Positions 8,052-18,200 of a stretch of 64,000 bases of DNA are shown piece after piece (within the stretch, counting starts at the first letter, position 1; each line of letters opens with the position of its first letter). The notes under the pieces were generated by a model. The model was not told where the DNA came from and did not search any database. It saw nothing but the letters and a program-made list of their open reading frames with translations. The stretch is from the NCBI GenBank assembly GCA_015523545.1, contig WAKB01000010.1:4462-68461 (forward strand). The letters are read 5' to 3'. The position numbers and the translations under genes are program-made. The DNA comes from Candidatus Geothermarchaeota archaeon (lineage in GTDB: Archaea; Thermoproteota; Nitrososphaeria; Geothermarchaeales; JDFR-13).

Positions 8052-10385
8052 TCACATCAGATAGAAGATCGCAAATAGGAATATCCACACAATATCTACG
8101 AAGTGCCAGTAGATGCCGAAGGCCTCCACTCCATCATAGTTCTTCTCATTATAGACTCCTCTAAAAGCCTTCACTATCAGATATGTAAGTGCTATCATCC
8201 CAGCAATCATGTGCGCCGCATGTGTACCTGTCATCACATAGTAGAGAGAGGATGGCAGGTCACTGGTTAGTGTGAACCCTTCGTCATACAGCTTCATCCA
8301 TTCATAGCCCTTTAGACCTAGGAATACTAGGCCTAGAATATATGTGGCCCCTAGTGAGTATAGCAACTTCCTCTGATCACCCATCTTGGCATACGCGACA
8401 GCTAGGACTACAGTAAGGCTACTAGTCAATAGTATTATTGTGTTTATTCCCCCTAGCCTCACATCGTGAACCGCTGGGCCGTACGGCCACTCACCAATCA
8501 AGTTTATTCTCAACAAGCTATAGGCACCGAATAAGGCGGCGAACAACATCGCCTCACTGATGACCAGCATCCAAACCCCGAACTTCAACCTATTCATGTG
8601 GTCAAACGGCCACTTCATAGTGTTCTCTGGCTCCGGTATTACGAACCTGTCATATACATCGTCTATTAGCCACTTTGTTAATACAGCCGCCAACATCGCT
8701 GCACCTATTACGAATAATGGGGTATACATCATCAGGCCAAAGAACGACAACATGAGTGAGACTGATAGGAGCATCGGCATCATTGTGTGGTACTCTACAT
8801 GCTTATGTGGAACACCTCCATTGGTGTAGAATGTTATCTGGTTGCCGCTAATCATGGGATCGAAATCAAAGTTGTGTGGTGGCGGCGGAGAAGTCGTCAT
8901 CCATTCCAAGGTCCACGCGCCCCACGGGTTGTTGCCAGCCGGTGAACCAGTTTTCAAGCTCTTGAGTAGGTTGTATACCATGATGAGAAATGAGAATCCG
9001 AACACATAGCCCCCGAGGGTAGCCAGCTGATTCATCGGTATCCATTCTTCTACGAAGTAGGTGTTTACTCTCCTCGGCATCTCATATATTATGAACATTG
9101 GGAAGTACAGTAGGTTGAAGCCTATGAAGGCTATAGCGAAATGTATTTTGCCGAGCTTTTCATCGTACATCTTCCCAGTGATCTTTGGATACCAGTAATA
9201 CATAGCTGCCAACAGTCCAAACAATGTAGCCCCTACCATAGCGTAGTGGAAATGAGCCACCACCCAGTATGTACCCCTGATAAACCTGTCAAGGGCTATT
9301 GAAGAGTTGAAGACCCCAGTTATCCCTCCAACAATGAATAGTACTATGGATCCAATAGCGAACAGTAGTGGAGTCTTTATCCTCACTCTAGCTTTGTAGA
9401 ACGAGAATATGAAGGACAGCATTATCACGCCGAATGGAACTGATATCGACTCTGTGGTTATGCTCATAACCTCTCTGATTATGGGGTTGATTCCGGTTGC
9501 GAACATATGGTGGACATATACTATGAAGCTGATGAAGCTGGCTATTCCGAAGGCGATTAATATGTATTTCCTCCCGAACAGAGGTTTCCTAGTGAAAGTC
9601 TCAATCACATCACCTACAACACCGATGGCTGGAGCAAGTACAATGTATACTTCTGGATGGCCGAAGAACCAGAACATATGTGTCCACAGTATAGCTCCTC
9701 CCTCGGGTGATGTGAAGAATGCGGTGCCGAAAACCCTGTCAATGGCGAGTAGGAAGAACCCTGCAGCTACAGGTCCAAACGCAAACAGCATGAGCAGCAC
9801 CGTATAGAGTATGCCCCAGGTAAACATGGGAAGCTTCGACCAACCCATTCCTGGAGCCCTTAGCGTGGCTATAGTTACGATGAAGTTTATTGTACCCACG
9901 GTCACAGATGCAACTAGCATCGCTAAGGCCAGGGCTGCTACAGTTACTCCGGGCTGTGGAGTGAATTTCGGAGTCGACAACGGAACATAGTATGTCCATC
10001 CAACATCTGGGGCGCCACCTGGTAAGAAGAAGGATAGAGCTGCGAGAAGACCACTGAATAGGTAGAGCCAGTAACTGAGTGCATTAAGCCTTGGGAACGC
10101 CATATCCCTAGCTCCGATCTGGATTGGGACAATGTAGTTTGCGAAGGCGAAAGCGAACGGAGAAATTGCCCATAGAACCATGATAAGGCCATGCATCGTT
10201 ATGGCTTGGTTAAAGGCTGAGGCGCTCAGGATATCAGCCTGTGGAAAGGCTAACTGTAACCTGAATGTTAGAGCTAATGAGCCCCCCACCATTAGAAAGT
10301 ACAGCGAAGTTACCAGGTATAGAAGCCCTATGTCTTTATGATTCGTAGTTGTCAGCCACCTCATTAAACCACTCTTATTCTCCAT
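8052..10385 (-). CDS. coxA: Heme-copper oxidase subunit I-III fusion, A1-type (SoxM-like)
   Basis: TTNHKDIG, MHG, WFFGHPEVY, VHHM, VAHFH, PRR; C-terminal subunit III motifs SEAMLF, TGTHAAH, YWHFVDIVW. Confidence 0.97.
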   Translation of the reverse strand: MENKSGLMRWLTTTNHKDIGLLYLVTSLYFLMVGGSLALTFRLQLAFPQADILSASAFNQAITMHGLIMVLWAISPFAFAFANYIVPIQIGARDMAFPRLNALSYWLYLFSGLLAALSFFLPGGAPDVGWTYYVPLSTPKFTPQPGVTVAALALAMLVASVTVGTINFIVTIATLRAPGMGWSKLPMFTWGILYTVLLMLFAFGPVAAGFFLLAIDRVFGTAFFTSPEGGAILWTHMFWFFGHPEVYIVLAPAIGVVGDVIETFTRKPLFGRKYILIAFGIASFISFIVYVHHMFATGINPIIREVMSITTESISVPFGVIMLSFIFSFYKARVRIKTPLLFAIGSIVLFIVGGITGVFNSSIALDRFIRGTYWVVAHFHYAMVGATLFGLLAAMYYWYPKITGKMYDEKLGKIHFAIAFIGFNLLYFPMFIIYEMPRRVNTYFVEEWIPMNQLATLGGYVFGFSFLIMVYNLLKSLKTGSPAGNNPWGAWTLEWMTTSPPPPHNFDFDPMISGNQITFYTNGGVPHKHVEYHTMMPMLLSVSLMLSFFGLMMYTPLFVIGAAMLAAVLTKWLIDDVYDRFVIPEPENTMKWPFDHMNRLKFGVWMLVISEAMLFAALFGAYSLLRINLIGEWPYGPAVHDVRLGGINTIILLTSSLTVVLAVAYAKMGDQRKLLYSLGATYILGLVFLGLKGYEWMKLYDEGFTLTSDLPSSLYYVMTGTHAAHMIAGMIALTYLIVKAFRGVYNEKNYDGVEAFGIYWHFVDIVWIFLFAIFYLM

Positions 10386-10401
10386 TTATGCTCACCCCCT
10401 C

Positions 10402-11004
10402 TTACACAACCCTCAACGTAGCAACCATCAAAGAATGCCCAATCCCACAGAGCTCATAGCACTGTATCGTGTATGTACCAGCCTGTGTGGGCTTTATCCA
10501 TATCACATTGAAGGCTCCTGGAAGAGCGTCCGCACCGGTTCTAAATTCTATAAGTTGGAACTTATGGAAAACGTCCATGCTGGTTATTCTAAACACAACA
10601 ATTTTATCTTTCGGAACCACAACCTCACCAACTACTTCCGTTCCGTTGGGGTATATGAATCTCCAACCCCACTGGAATCCCTGAACCGTCACCTCAAATA
10701 TGTCGTCTGCCTTCGGCACCTTCTCCACGTAATTAGTTACTAGTATAGAGTATGATGCCAACGTGAAGAGTATTATCGACGTCAGCCCAAAGAACACCAT
10801 AATGAGCTTTATGTTACTCCGCTCCCCAGGCACTACTCCTGGCTTGATATCATCGCTCTCATTGGACACTGACTCCCTATACTTCCAGACGAAATATAGC
10901 AGCATCCCTACTACTACTGAGCCTACTAGCAGTCCTAGACTGAAGTACAAGTTGAATAGTGAGTACCATGTCCCAGCTGGTTCCCCCGGTATTTGAAGCA
11001 CCAT
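10402..11004 (-). CDS. coxB: Heme-copper oxidase subunit II with a CuA centre
   Basis: Two TM helices; GFQWGWRF; DVFH...CYELCGIGHSLM CuA ligands; likely start MVLQIPG at 11004. Confidence 0.95.
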   Translation of the reverse strand: MVLQIPGEPAGTWYSLFNLYFSLGLLVGSVVVGMLLYFVWKYRESVSNESDDIKPGVVPGERSNIKLIMVFFGLTSIILFTLASYSILVTNYVEKVPKADDIFEVTVQGFQWGWRFIYPNGTEVVGEVVVPKDKIVVFRITSMDVFHKFQLIEFRTGADALPGAFNVIWIKPTQAGTYTIQCYELCGIGHSLMVATLRVV

Positions 11005-11058
11005 ACCGTGGGTCACGACAATCACCACACAAGTACCCACTTGAATTTAGTTATGTTA

Positions 11059-11085
11059 GAAAATATTTTCACCGGTATTAAAAAA
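11059..11085 (-). promoter_or_regulatory. Putative cox operon promoter: TATA-like TTTTTAAT followed by the palindrome GAAAATATTTTC
   Basis: AT-rich intergenic region; perfect 12-bp palindrome at 11059-11070. Confidence 0.4.
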
Positions 11086-11190
11086 TATGTATGCTGTATT
11101 GGCGCGTTTTTATATGATCCCCTCTACAAACGGCATAGTCATACTGACATATGATATACCGATAAGGGACACATACATTGGTGAGAGACA

Positions 11191-11616
11191 ATGGATGGAT
11201 ATGAATTCCTGCCACACACCGCCGATATAAAGATTAAGGCTTGGGGATCCACGTTGGAAAGGGCCTTCGAGAAGGCTGCAGAGGCCTTCACAGACACCAC
11301 AGTAGATATTAATACAGTCACCCCCAAGAAGAAGGATGAGCTAACCGTCTATGGAGACGACCTGGAGGAGCTTCTCTACAACTTCATAGAGGAGTTGATA
11401 GTAAGGCTCGACTCAGAAGGCAAGGTCTACTCACGCTTCAAGACGAATATAGATAAGGAGGACGGTAGATACGTCCTCCACGCAGAGATGTGGGGTGAGG
11501 ATCTCGACTTAAACAAGCACGAGCCAAAGATACATGTTAAGGCTATGACCTATCACGAGATGAGGATTGATAAGGAGGACGGTAGATACGTGATCGAGTA
11601 TGTCCTGGATATATAG
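11191..11616 (+). CDS. Archease (RtcB tRNA ligase cofactor)
   Basis: YEFLPHTADI, VKAMTYHEM, C-terminal LDI. Confidence 0.95.
   Translation: MDGYEFLPHTADIKIKAWGSTLERAFEKAAEAFTDTTVDINTVTPKKKDELTVYGDDLEELLYNFIEELIVRLDSEGKVYSRFKTNIDKEDGRYVLHAEMWGEDLDLNKHEPKIHVKAMTYHEMRIDKEDGRYVIEYVLDI
11452..11591 (+). repeat. Perfect 23-nt direct repeat GATAAGGAGGACGGTAGATACGT (11452-11474 and 11569-11591) within archease
   Basis: Read directly; both copies fall in IDKEDGRYV. Confidence 0.9.
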
Positions 11617-11624
11617 AAATATTG

Positions 11625-11939
11625 TTATGTAAGCCTAACCTCGATAAAGACGTTGTCAGGAACCCTAAGCCTAATAAGATGCCTCATAGTGTTCTCGTTC
11701 TGCTCAATATCGATAAGCCTCTTGTGAATACGGAGCTCAAACTTGTCCCAAGTCTCACTCCCCTGTCCACAAGGACTCTTCCTAGTAGGGACGACAACCC
11801 TCTTAGTAGGTAGATATACAGGGCCTGAATACTTTGCACCCGTCTTCTCGGCTATAGCCCTAACCTCCTCCATAAAATTATCCAGAGCCTTGTGATCAGT
11901 CCCATACACAATTATTCTAGTCTTTGTTCCCCTAATCAT
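11625..11939 (-). CDS. rps10: 30S ribosomal protein uS10
   Basis: GPVYLPTK, RKSPCGQGSETWDKFELRIHKRLIDI. Confidence 0.97.
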   Translation of the reverse strand: MIRGTKTRIIVYGTDHKALDNFMEEVRAIAEKTGAKYSGPVYLPTKRVVVPTRKSPCGQGSETWDKFELRIHKRLIDIEQNENTMRHLIRLRVPDNVFIEVRLT

Positions 11940-11985
11940 CTCGAGTCAGGAAAAATAGTTGGATGGGGGAGGGATATAAAATCTG

Positions 11986-13302
11986 CTAACCCTTAATCTT
12001 GATCTCAGCCTTCTTAGTAATCTCCTTGACCACACCAGCAGCTATGGTCTGGCCCATATCCCTGATGGCGAACCTACCTAGCTCAGGGAACTGCTGGAAC
12101 TCCTCTAGTGACACTGGCCTCAGAGGCTTCAGCTTAACGATAGCTACGTCACCAGTCTTGAGGAAGCTCGGGTTCTCCTCTACAACCTGGCCAGTCCTCC
12201 TATCTAGCTTCTTCAGAAGCTCTATGAAAGTGACGGCCACCTGGGCAGTATGCACATGCATCACTGGTGTATAGCCAACGCCAATGGCTGTCGGGTGGTA
12301 TATCACGAAGATCTGGGCTATGAACTCCTCAGCAACCGTCGGTGGATTATCTAGATGGCCCACAACGTCACCCCTCCTGATATCCTTCTTGGAGACGCCC
12401 TTCACGTTGAACCCGATGTTGTCACCCGCGACGGCCTCCTCCATGGGCTGGTGATGCATCTCTATAGACTTCACATCACCAACAAGGCCTGGTGGCATGA
12501 AGACGACACGGTCACCTACCCTCATCCTACCAGTCTCTATCCTACCCACTGGGACTGTACCCACACCAGTGATCGAGTATACATCCTGTATCGGTAGGCG
12601 GAGAGGTTTATCGATAGGCTTAGGCGGAGGTACAAACTCATCTAGAGCCTCGATCAGCGTAGGCCCATCGTACCAAGGCATCTTATCAGACTTCTTAAGG
12701 ACATTGTCACCAGTCCAGGCAGATACTGGTACAAACCTGATCTTACTCACGTCGTAGCCAAGGGTCTTTAGGAGCCTAGCAATCTCGTTCTTAATCTCCT
12801 CATACCTCTCCTTACTCCAGTTCACACCGGGATCATCCATCTTGTTGATAGCAACGACTAGCTGGTTGATACCTAGGATCTTAGCCAGGCTTGCATGCTC
12901 TCTAGTCTGGCCACCTGGGGAGATACCAGCCTCAAACTCACCTGGACGTGCAGAGACAACTAGGATAGCTGCGTCCGCCTCACTAGCCCCCGTAATCATA
13001 TTCTTGATAAAGTCCCTATGGCCGGGGGCATCGATAAGGGTGAACTCATACTTGGGGGTCTCGAACTTATAGAAGGATAGATCAATCGTGAGACCCCTCT
13101 CCCTCTCCTCCTTCAATTTATCCATAACCCAGGCGAACTTGAATGTCTCCTTGCCCAGCTTCTTAGCCTCCTCCTCATACTGCTGGATTAGCCTCTGGTC
13201 GATCACACCAGCCTCATATAGCAGGCGACCCATCAGCGTAGACTTCCCATGGTCTACATGGCCTATCGCTATCAGGTTCATATGCTCCTTCTTCTTGGCC
13301 AT
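11986..13302 (-). CDS. tuf: Elongation factor 1-alpha
   Basis: [30 protein letters not shown]; start MAKKKEH. Confidence 0.99.
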   Translation of the reverse strand: MAKKKEHMNLIAIGHVDHGKSTLMGRLLYEAGVIDQRLIQQYEEEAKKLGKETFKFAWVMDKLKEERERGLTIDLSFYKFETPKYEFTLIDAPGHRDFIKNMITGASEADAAILVVSARPGEFEAGISPGGQTREHASLAKILGINQLVVAINKMDDPGVNWSKERYEEIKNEIARLLKTLGYDVSKIRFVPVSAWTGDNVLKKSDKMPWYDGPTLIEALDEFVPPPKPIDKPLRLPIQDVYSITGVGTVPVGRIETGRMRVGDRVVFMPPGLVGDVKSIEMHHQPMEEAVAGDNIGFNVKGVSKKDIRRGDVVGHLDNPPTVAEEFIAQIFVIYHPTAIGVGYTPVMHVHTAQVAVTFIELLKKLDRRTGQVVEENPSFLKTGDVAIVKLKPLRPVSLEEFQQFPELGRFAIRDMGQTIAAGVVKEITKKAEIKIKG

Positions 13303-13337
13303 AGCTCTCACCTATCTCCAATCAATTCCAGAGATGG

Positions 13338-13373
13338 TATATATAAAGCATTTAGGTATGGGGTTTATAAACC
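13338..13373 (-). promoter_or_regulatory. EF-1alpha promoter (TTTATATA box) with upstream palindrome GGTTTATAAACC
   Basis: TATA-like box about 40 bp upstream of the start; perfect palindrome at 13362-13373. Confidence 0.45.
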
Positions 13374-13385
13374 ACGCCAGCCAGG

Positions 13386-13967
13386 CTAGCGGCTGGCCAT
13401 CGCTATCCTCTCTATCTCCACTCTCTTAGATATGGCGTAGCTGCCAAGATCGTTCCTAGCCGCCAGTATGATCTCCCTCGCGAGGGCCTCCTCGATACTC
13501 ATCCTACTATTCCTCGCTGCGTTCTTAGCCCCGATAACTATGTTCCTCAGAGCGACATCGATCCTCCTCAGAGGAGATACATCCACACTAACCGTATAGG
13601 CCGCACCACCATAAGCAATCGTCGTTACATCCTCACAGGGACCAGCATTCTCAATCGCATATACCAGTAGCTGGATAGGGTTGTCGCCAGTCTCAAGCTC
13701 AATAATTCTGAAAGCCGCCTCGACAATCTTTATAGCCTTCTGCTTCTTACCACCCATCTTACCCGGCCGCATAAGCTTGTTGACCAGCCTCTCAACAATG
13801 TTTACCTTCGCCTTCTCAAACTTCCTCTTCTCATGCCTCCCCCCACTCCAAGGTAGGAGGACCGGCTTCAACGAGATATAGTCCTTGAGACTGATATCCC
13901 TAACCTCCACATCCTTGAAGGAGTATCGGCCGAATAGCTTGAGCCCAACCTGCTGCTTAGACGCCAT
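13386..13967 (-). CDS. rps7: 30S ribosomal protein uS7
   Basis: IVERLVNKLM, GKKQKAIKIV, VDVSPLRRID, ERIAMASR; start MASKQQ. Confidence 0.97.
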   Translation of the reverse strand: MASKQQVGLKLFGRYSFKDVEVRDISLKDYISLKPVLLPWSGGRHEKRKFEKAKVNIVERLVNKLMRPGKMGGKKQKAIKIVEAAFRIIELETGDNPIQLLVYAIENAGPCEDVTTIAYGGAAYTVSVDVSPLRRIDVALRNIVIGAKNAARNSRMSIEEALAREIILAARNDLGSYAISKRVEIERIAMASR

Positions 13968-13971
13968 AGGA

Positions 13972-14412
13972 TCACCTCTTAGGCTTCTTAACCTTACCCC
14001 TAACCAGGAGATCCAATGGAACACCATTGACTAGGAAGACCCTATACCTAACACCCGGTATGTCACCCATAGCCCTACCCTGTGAGCCTCCGATACCCTC
14101 TATCATAACCTCGTCATGCTCATCAACAACGTTGAGTGCACCGTCGCCGGGGAGGAAGGCGGTTACCTGCTTACCATTCTTGATGAGCTGGACACGTACA
14201 CACTTCCTGAGAGCCGAGTTCGGCTGCTTAGCCTCCACACCCACCTTCTCAATCACTATTCCACGTGCCATCGGTGCACCCTCAAGTGGGTCGGCCTTCT
14301 CGTCAAGACGTAGCATCCGCCTCCTATACTTTATATCGCTCCATCTAAACTTCTTCCTCTTCATAATAAGCTTCCTAGCAGCGAACATTCCCTTGGGGCT
14401 CTTCCTACCCAT
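13972..14412 (-). CDS. rps12: 30S ribosomal protein uS12
   Basis: [30 protein letters not shown]. Confidence 0.99.
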   Translation of the reverse strand: MGRKSPKGMFAARKLIMKRKKFRWSDIKYRRRMLRLDEKADPLEGAPMARGIVIEKVGVEAKQPNSALRKCVRVQLIKNGKQVTAFLPGDGALNVVDEHDEVMIEGIGGSQGRAMGDIPGVRYRVFLVNGVPLDLLVRGKVKKPKR

Positions 14413-14445
14413 TCCTCCACACCACCTAAAATCGTTATGACGGGC

Positions 14446-14940
14446 CTACCTGATATTTATTTGGTCGATGTTGTAGAGGGCCTTCCCGAAGAACCTCCCA
14501 GCCCTGGCCCTGATACCACTCCTACCTATAACGATCCCCTTCTTCTCGGGAGACACATATATGTTTACCACGGTTCTACCACCGCTATTCCTAAGCTCCA
14601 CCCTCGCAGAGCTATCTAGGCCGAAGAAGGTCTTGAGGAACTCTATAGGATCATCGTAGTAGACAGCTACATAGGTGGGAGAGCCTATATTCTCGGTCAG
14701 GATGGAGGAGAGGACCCTTAACACTCTACTCCTAGTGAACCTCCCACCTATCCGGCGGCGGAGCTCCCCCCTGATCACTGGGTCGGCCATGATGCGGTAG
14801 AGCGCCTCCTCAGTAATGATGAAGTAGACATAGTCCTCAATGATCTTACAGGCCAGGGGATTCTCACCGGTGATGCCGTGGAAGAGGCTCATCAGGGCGA
14901 GCTCATCATTCGTAAAGCTTAGGCCCTCACTGCTTGGCAT
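14446..14940 (-). CDS. nusA: Divergent archaeal NusA-like KH-domain protein
   Basis: Conserved position between rpl30e and rps12; C-terminal KH motif VSPEKKGIVIGRSG; N-terminal SLFHGITG. Confidence 0.75.
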   Translation of the reverse strand: MPSSEGLSFTNDELALMSLFHGITGENPLACKIIEDYVYFIITEEALYRIMADPVIRGELRRRIGGRFTRSRVLRVLSSILTENIGSPTYVAVYYDDPIEFLKTFFGLDSSARVELRNSGGRTVVNIYVSPEKKGIVIGRSGIRARAGRFFGKALYNIDQINIR

Positions 14941-15256
14941 ACAATGTCTCCTCTTCTATCGGGGCACTTCCAAAGTCATATATAGCCACAACCGACACAG
15001 AGTGGGGCCGCCCACATAGAGCCCCAAGCTCCAAGTTGGTCCTCCTACTCCTCAGCAGTAGCACGCCCCTCTCCTCCGCCATAGGCCCTATCTCCTCTAG
15101 GAGGCCGGGCGGAGGATTCCTAGCCACGAGTATAACCTTTATCTTATCAGCCTCGTTCCTAAGCGCCCATAACACGTTGTTCCTACCAAAGAGTATCTTC
15201 CCGGTCTTGGCAACCACTGGTAGGGCCGCCTCAAGCCTCCTTACCGTCTCCTCCAT
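14927..15256 (-). CDS. rpl30e: 50S ribosomal protein eL30
   Basis: KTGKILFG, ELGALCGRPHSVSVVAIYDFGS. Confidence 0.93.
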   Translation of the reverse strand: MEETVRRLEAALPVVAKTGKILFGRNNVLWALRNEADKIKVILVARNPPPGLLEEIGPMAEERGVLLLRSRRTNLELGALCGRPHSVSVVAIYDFGSAPIEEETLYAKQ

Positions 15257-18200
15257 CGCTACCCACCCTTATGTACACGTCGACGCTACCCGTCCCTATG
15301 GGTACACGAGAGCCAACTATTATATTCTCGGTCGGACCCCTTAAATAGTCGGTCTCACCCCTCACAGCCGCCTTGACTAGGACAGGGACGGTCGTCTCGA
15401 AGGCCGCCTTAGCCAGTACACTCTCCTTAAGGGCGACGACACCATACCTACCCATCTGCTTAATCACTCCCTCCCTAGTCATCAGATCAGCCACCAGCAT
15501 GATATGCCTATAGTCAATGTCGAGACCCTGCTCATCCAAGACCGCCTTAATCTCATTTATGATCGCGTTCCTAGCAGCCTCTATACCTAGGACCTCATAG
15601 ATCTCGAATATATCGTTCGTAACTGTCCTAGTCGGGTCTACACCCTCGAAGGTGAGGACCTCCCTCAGATTACTACCAGCTGTGTAGAGCACCCACTCCT
15701 CCTCACCAGTCTCCTCATTAACCACACGGTCAACAGTGACCCTCATAATACCCTGGACACCCGCTATATGCCTCTCGAGGAACCTCTCAGCTGCCTTCCT
15801 AAGCTTCTCCACAATGATGTCCAGATTCGTCTCCTCACCCTCCTTAAGCTTCATCGACGGCTTAACAGCCAGCAAGTCTCCATTCAGCTCCGTCGAATAC
15901 CTCCTACTAAAGACCCTCTTAACATCCTTAGGCGTCAACCCAACCTTCTCCAACGCATCCATGTCTAGCTTGAAGACCACCCTCCTACTGGCCAGATCTA
16001 TACTGTAACCTAGGACAACATCCCTAAGCTTCGTACTCTTGATCTTATTAGCTATCTCCTCAGCCTTCTCCTGGCTATACCTATGCTCCTCATCCAGGTA
16101 GATCGTCATCCTAGGTGTTGAAGGCTTCTGCTTAGCATCCACTATCTCTATGATACGTGGCAGACCAATAGTCACGTTCTTCTCCTTCACACCAGCATAG
16201 TGGAAGGTCCTCAGAGTCATCTGGGTACCAGGCTCACCTATTGACTGGGCAGTAATCACACCTATAGCAGTGTTAGGATCGATAGTTGAGCTCCTATAGT
16301 TAAGGACGGCCTGCCTAACAGCCTCCCTCACAACCTCCTTGTTAGCCCTCTTCCTCATCAGGACGGTTCTAAGCTCCTCATAGAGCGAGGGCGGGATCTC
16401 ATCCTTAACCTTGGAGAGGATCTCGTCGATATACTTGCTCCCAGCATACTTACCCTTAGGATACAGCAGCGATATAGAGTCCACTAGACGCTCAACATTA
16501 ACCGGCTTACCATGGTCACTCCTAGCGGGGTCTACCTTATCCTCACCATATACGAACTGCACTATCTTACCATACGACGTCCTCACAGTGAAGTCGTGGT
16601 CAACCTGGAGATGCTCCATCGAGTATAGTATACGCCTATAGAGATAGCCACTCTCCTGCGTCTTGACAGCTGTGTCCATCAACCCCTCACGACCACTTAT
16701 AGCGTGGAAGAAGAACTCCACAGGGTTCAGGCCACGGTAGAAATTGCTGCCTATGAAGCCCCTAGCCTTCGTACCTATATCACCCTCCTTAAACACTGTT
16801 AACGTCCTCTTGCCATAGCCCCTGGATATACGCTCACCCCTGATCGTCTGCTGCCCAAGCATAGCGGTGAGCTGAGCCACATTGATATCGGTACCACGTG
16901 CACCGCTGATGACCATCACATAGAGCGGGTTATCTTTATCCAGGCTCTCCAAAGCCTTTAGACCAGCCCTTGTCCTGGCATCTGCCAGTATCTCATGAAT
17001 CTTCTGCTCTAGAGACTCCTCAGGAGAGAGGCCCTTGATAAGCTCCAGCCTACCCTCCCTATACTGCCTAATAACCTCCTCAACCTTCCTATGGGCCTCC
17101 CTCTCAATCTCCTTAATCTCCTCCACAACCTCCTCAGGCAGCTTTAGATCCTCTATACCTATTGAGAAGCCCCTTGACAGCAGGTATCTATCTAGTACCG
17201 AGGCGAACTTCGTTATGAAGTCTCCTCCAAACCTGTTACCATACTCCCTCACCAATCTATGTAGGACGCTGTCAGCCTGTTCAGCACCGATAGACCTCTT
17301 ATCTATGACGCCCTTGACAAGGACACCCTCCTTAATGATCACGTCCTCCTCCAGCCTACTCTTCAATGAGTAGGTGAAGTCCTTGGGCAGAAGGATGCTG
17401 AATAGGAGCCTCCCACTATGCGTCTTCTCCCAGTTCCTAACCATGTCCATCTTAGGTATCTCATCATAGATCGAGAGCAGGTTGAAGAGCCTAGCCTTAT
17501 CCAGCCTCTTCTCATCCCTAGTCAAGAGGAAGGATGAGGTTAGATAGTCCTTGGTGAAACCGATGATCGGAGCACCATACCTCGGACTAATAATCTGGTT
17601 CTCAACCAACATGAGGGATCTTGCCTCTGCCTGAGCCTCACTATTCTGCGGCACATGCAGATTCATCTCATCACCATCAAAGTCAGCGTTGTACGGTGGG
17701 CAGACTGTTAGGTGGAGCCTGAACGTCCTATAGGGGAGTATCCTAGCTATATGGCCCATCATCGACATCCTGTGGAGCGACGGCTGCCTATTGAACAGGA
17801 CTATATCGCCGTCCATAAGATGCCTCTCAACTATATCCCCAACCTCCAGCATATTGGCTAGGAAACTCCTATCCGTCACATACCTCAGGTTATGCCTACT
17901 CTTCGTCTTCTGCCTATAGATATAGTTCGCCCCCGGATGAATATCCGCACCGTTCAGGACCAGCTGCCTAAGGAAGTCGATGTTATAGGGAGTCACAACC
18001 TCAGGAACAGTCAATATCTTAGCTATATCTACGGGGACACCAACCTCGTTAATATCCAAGTTCGAGTCAGGCGAGATAACAGTCCTGGCAGAGAAGTTTA
18101 CACGCTTACCTATCAAGTTATTCCTAAACCTACCCTCCTTACCACTAAGCCTCTGGACAAGGGTCTTAAGCCTCTTCACACCCCTATGCGTAGCTGGCGG

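Noticed and set aside
4841-11190. Integrative element at tRNA-Ser
   Set aside because: No integrase or duplicated tRNA 3' end, and the block lies on the 5' side of the tRNA.
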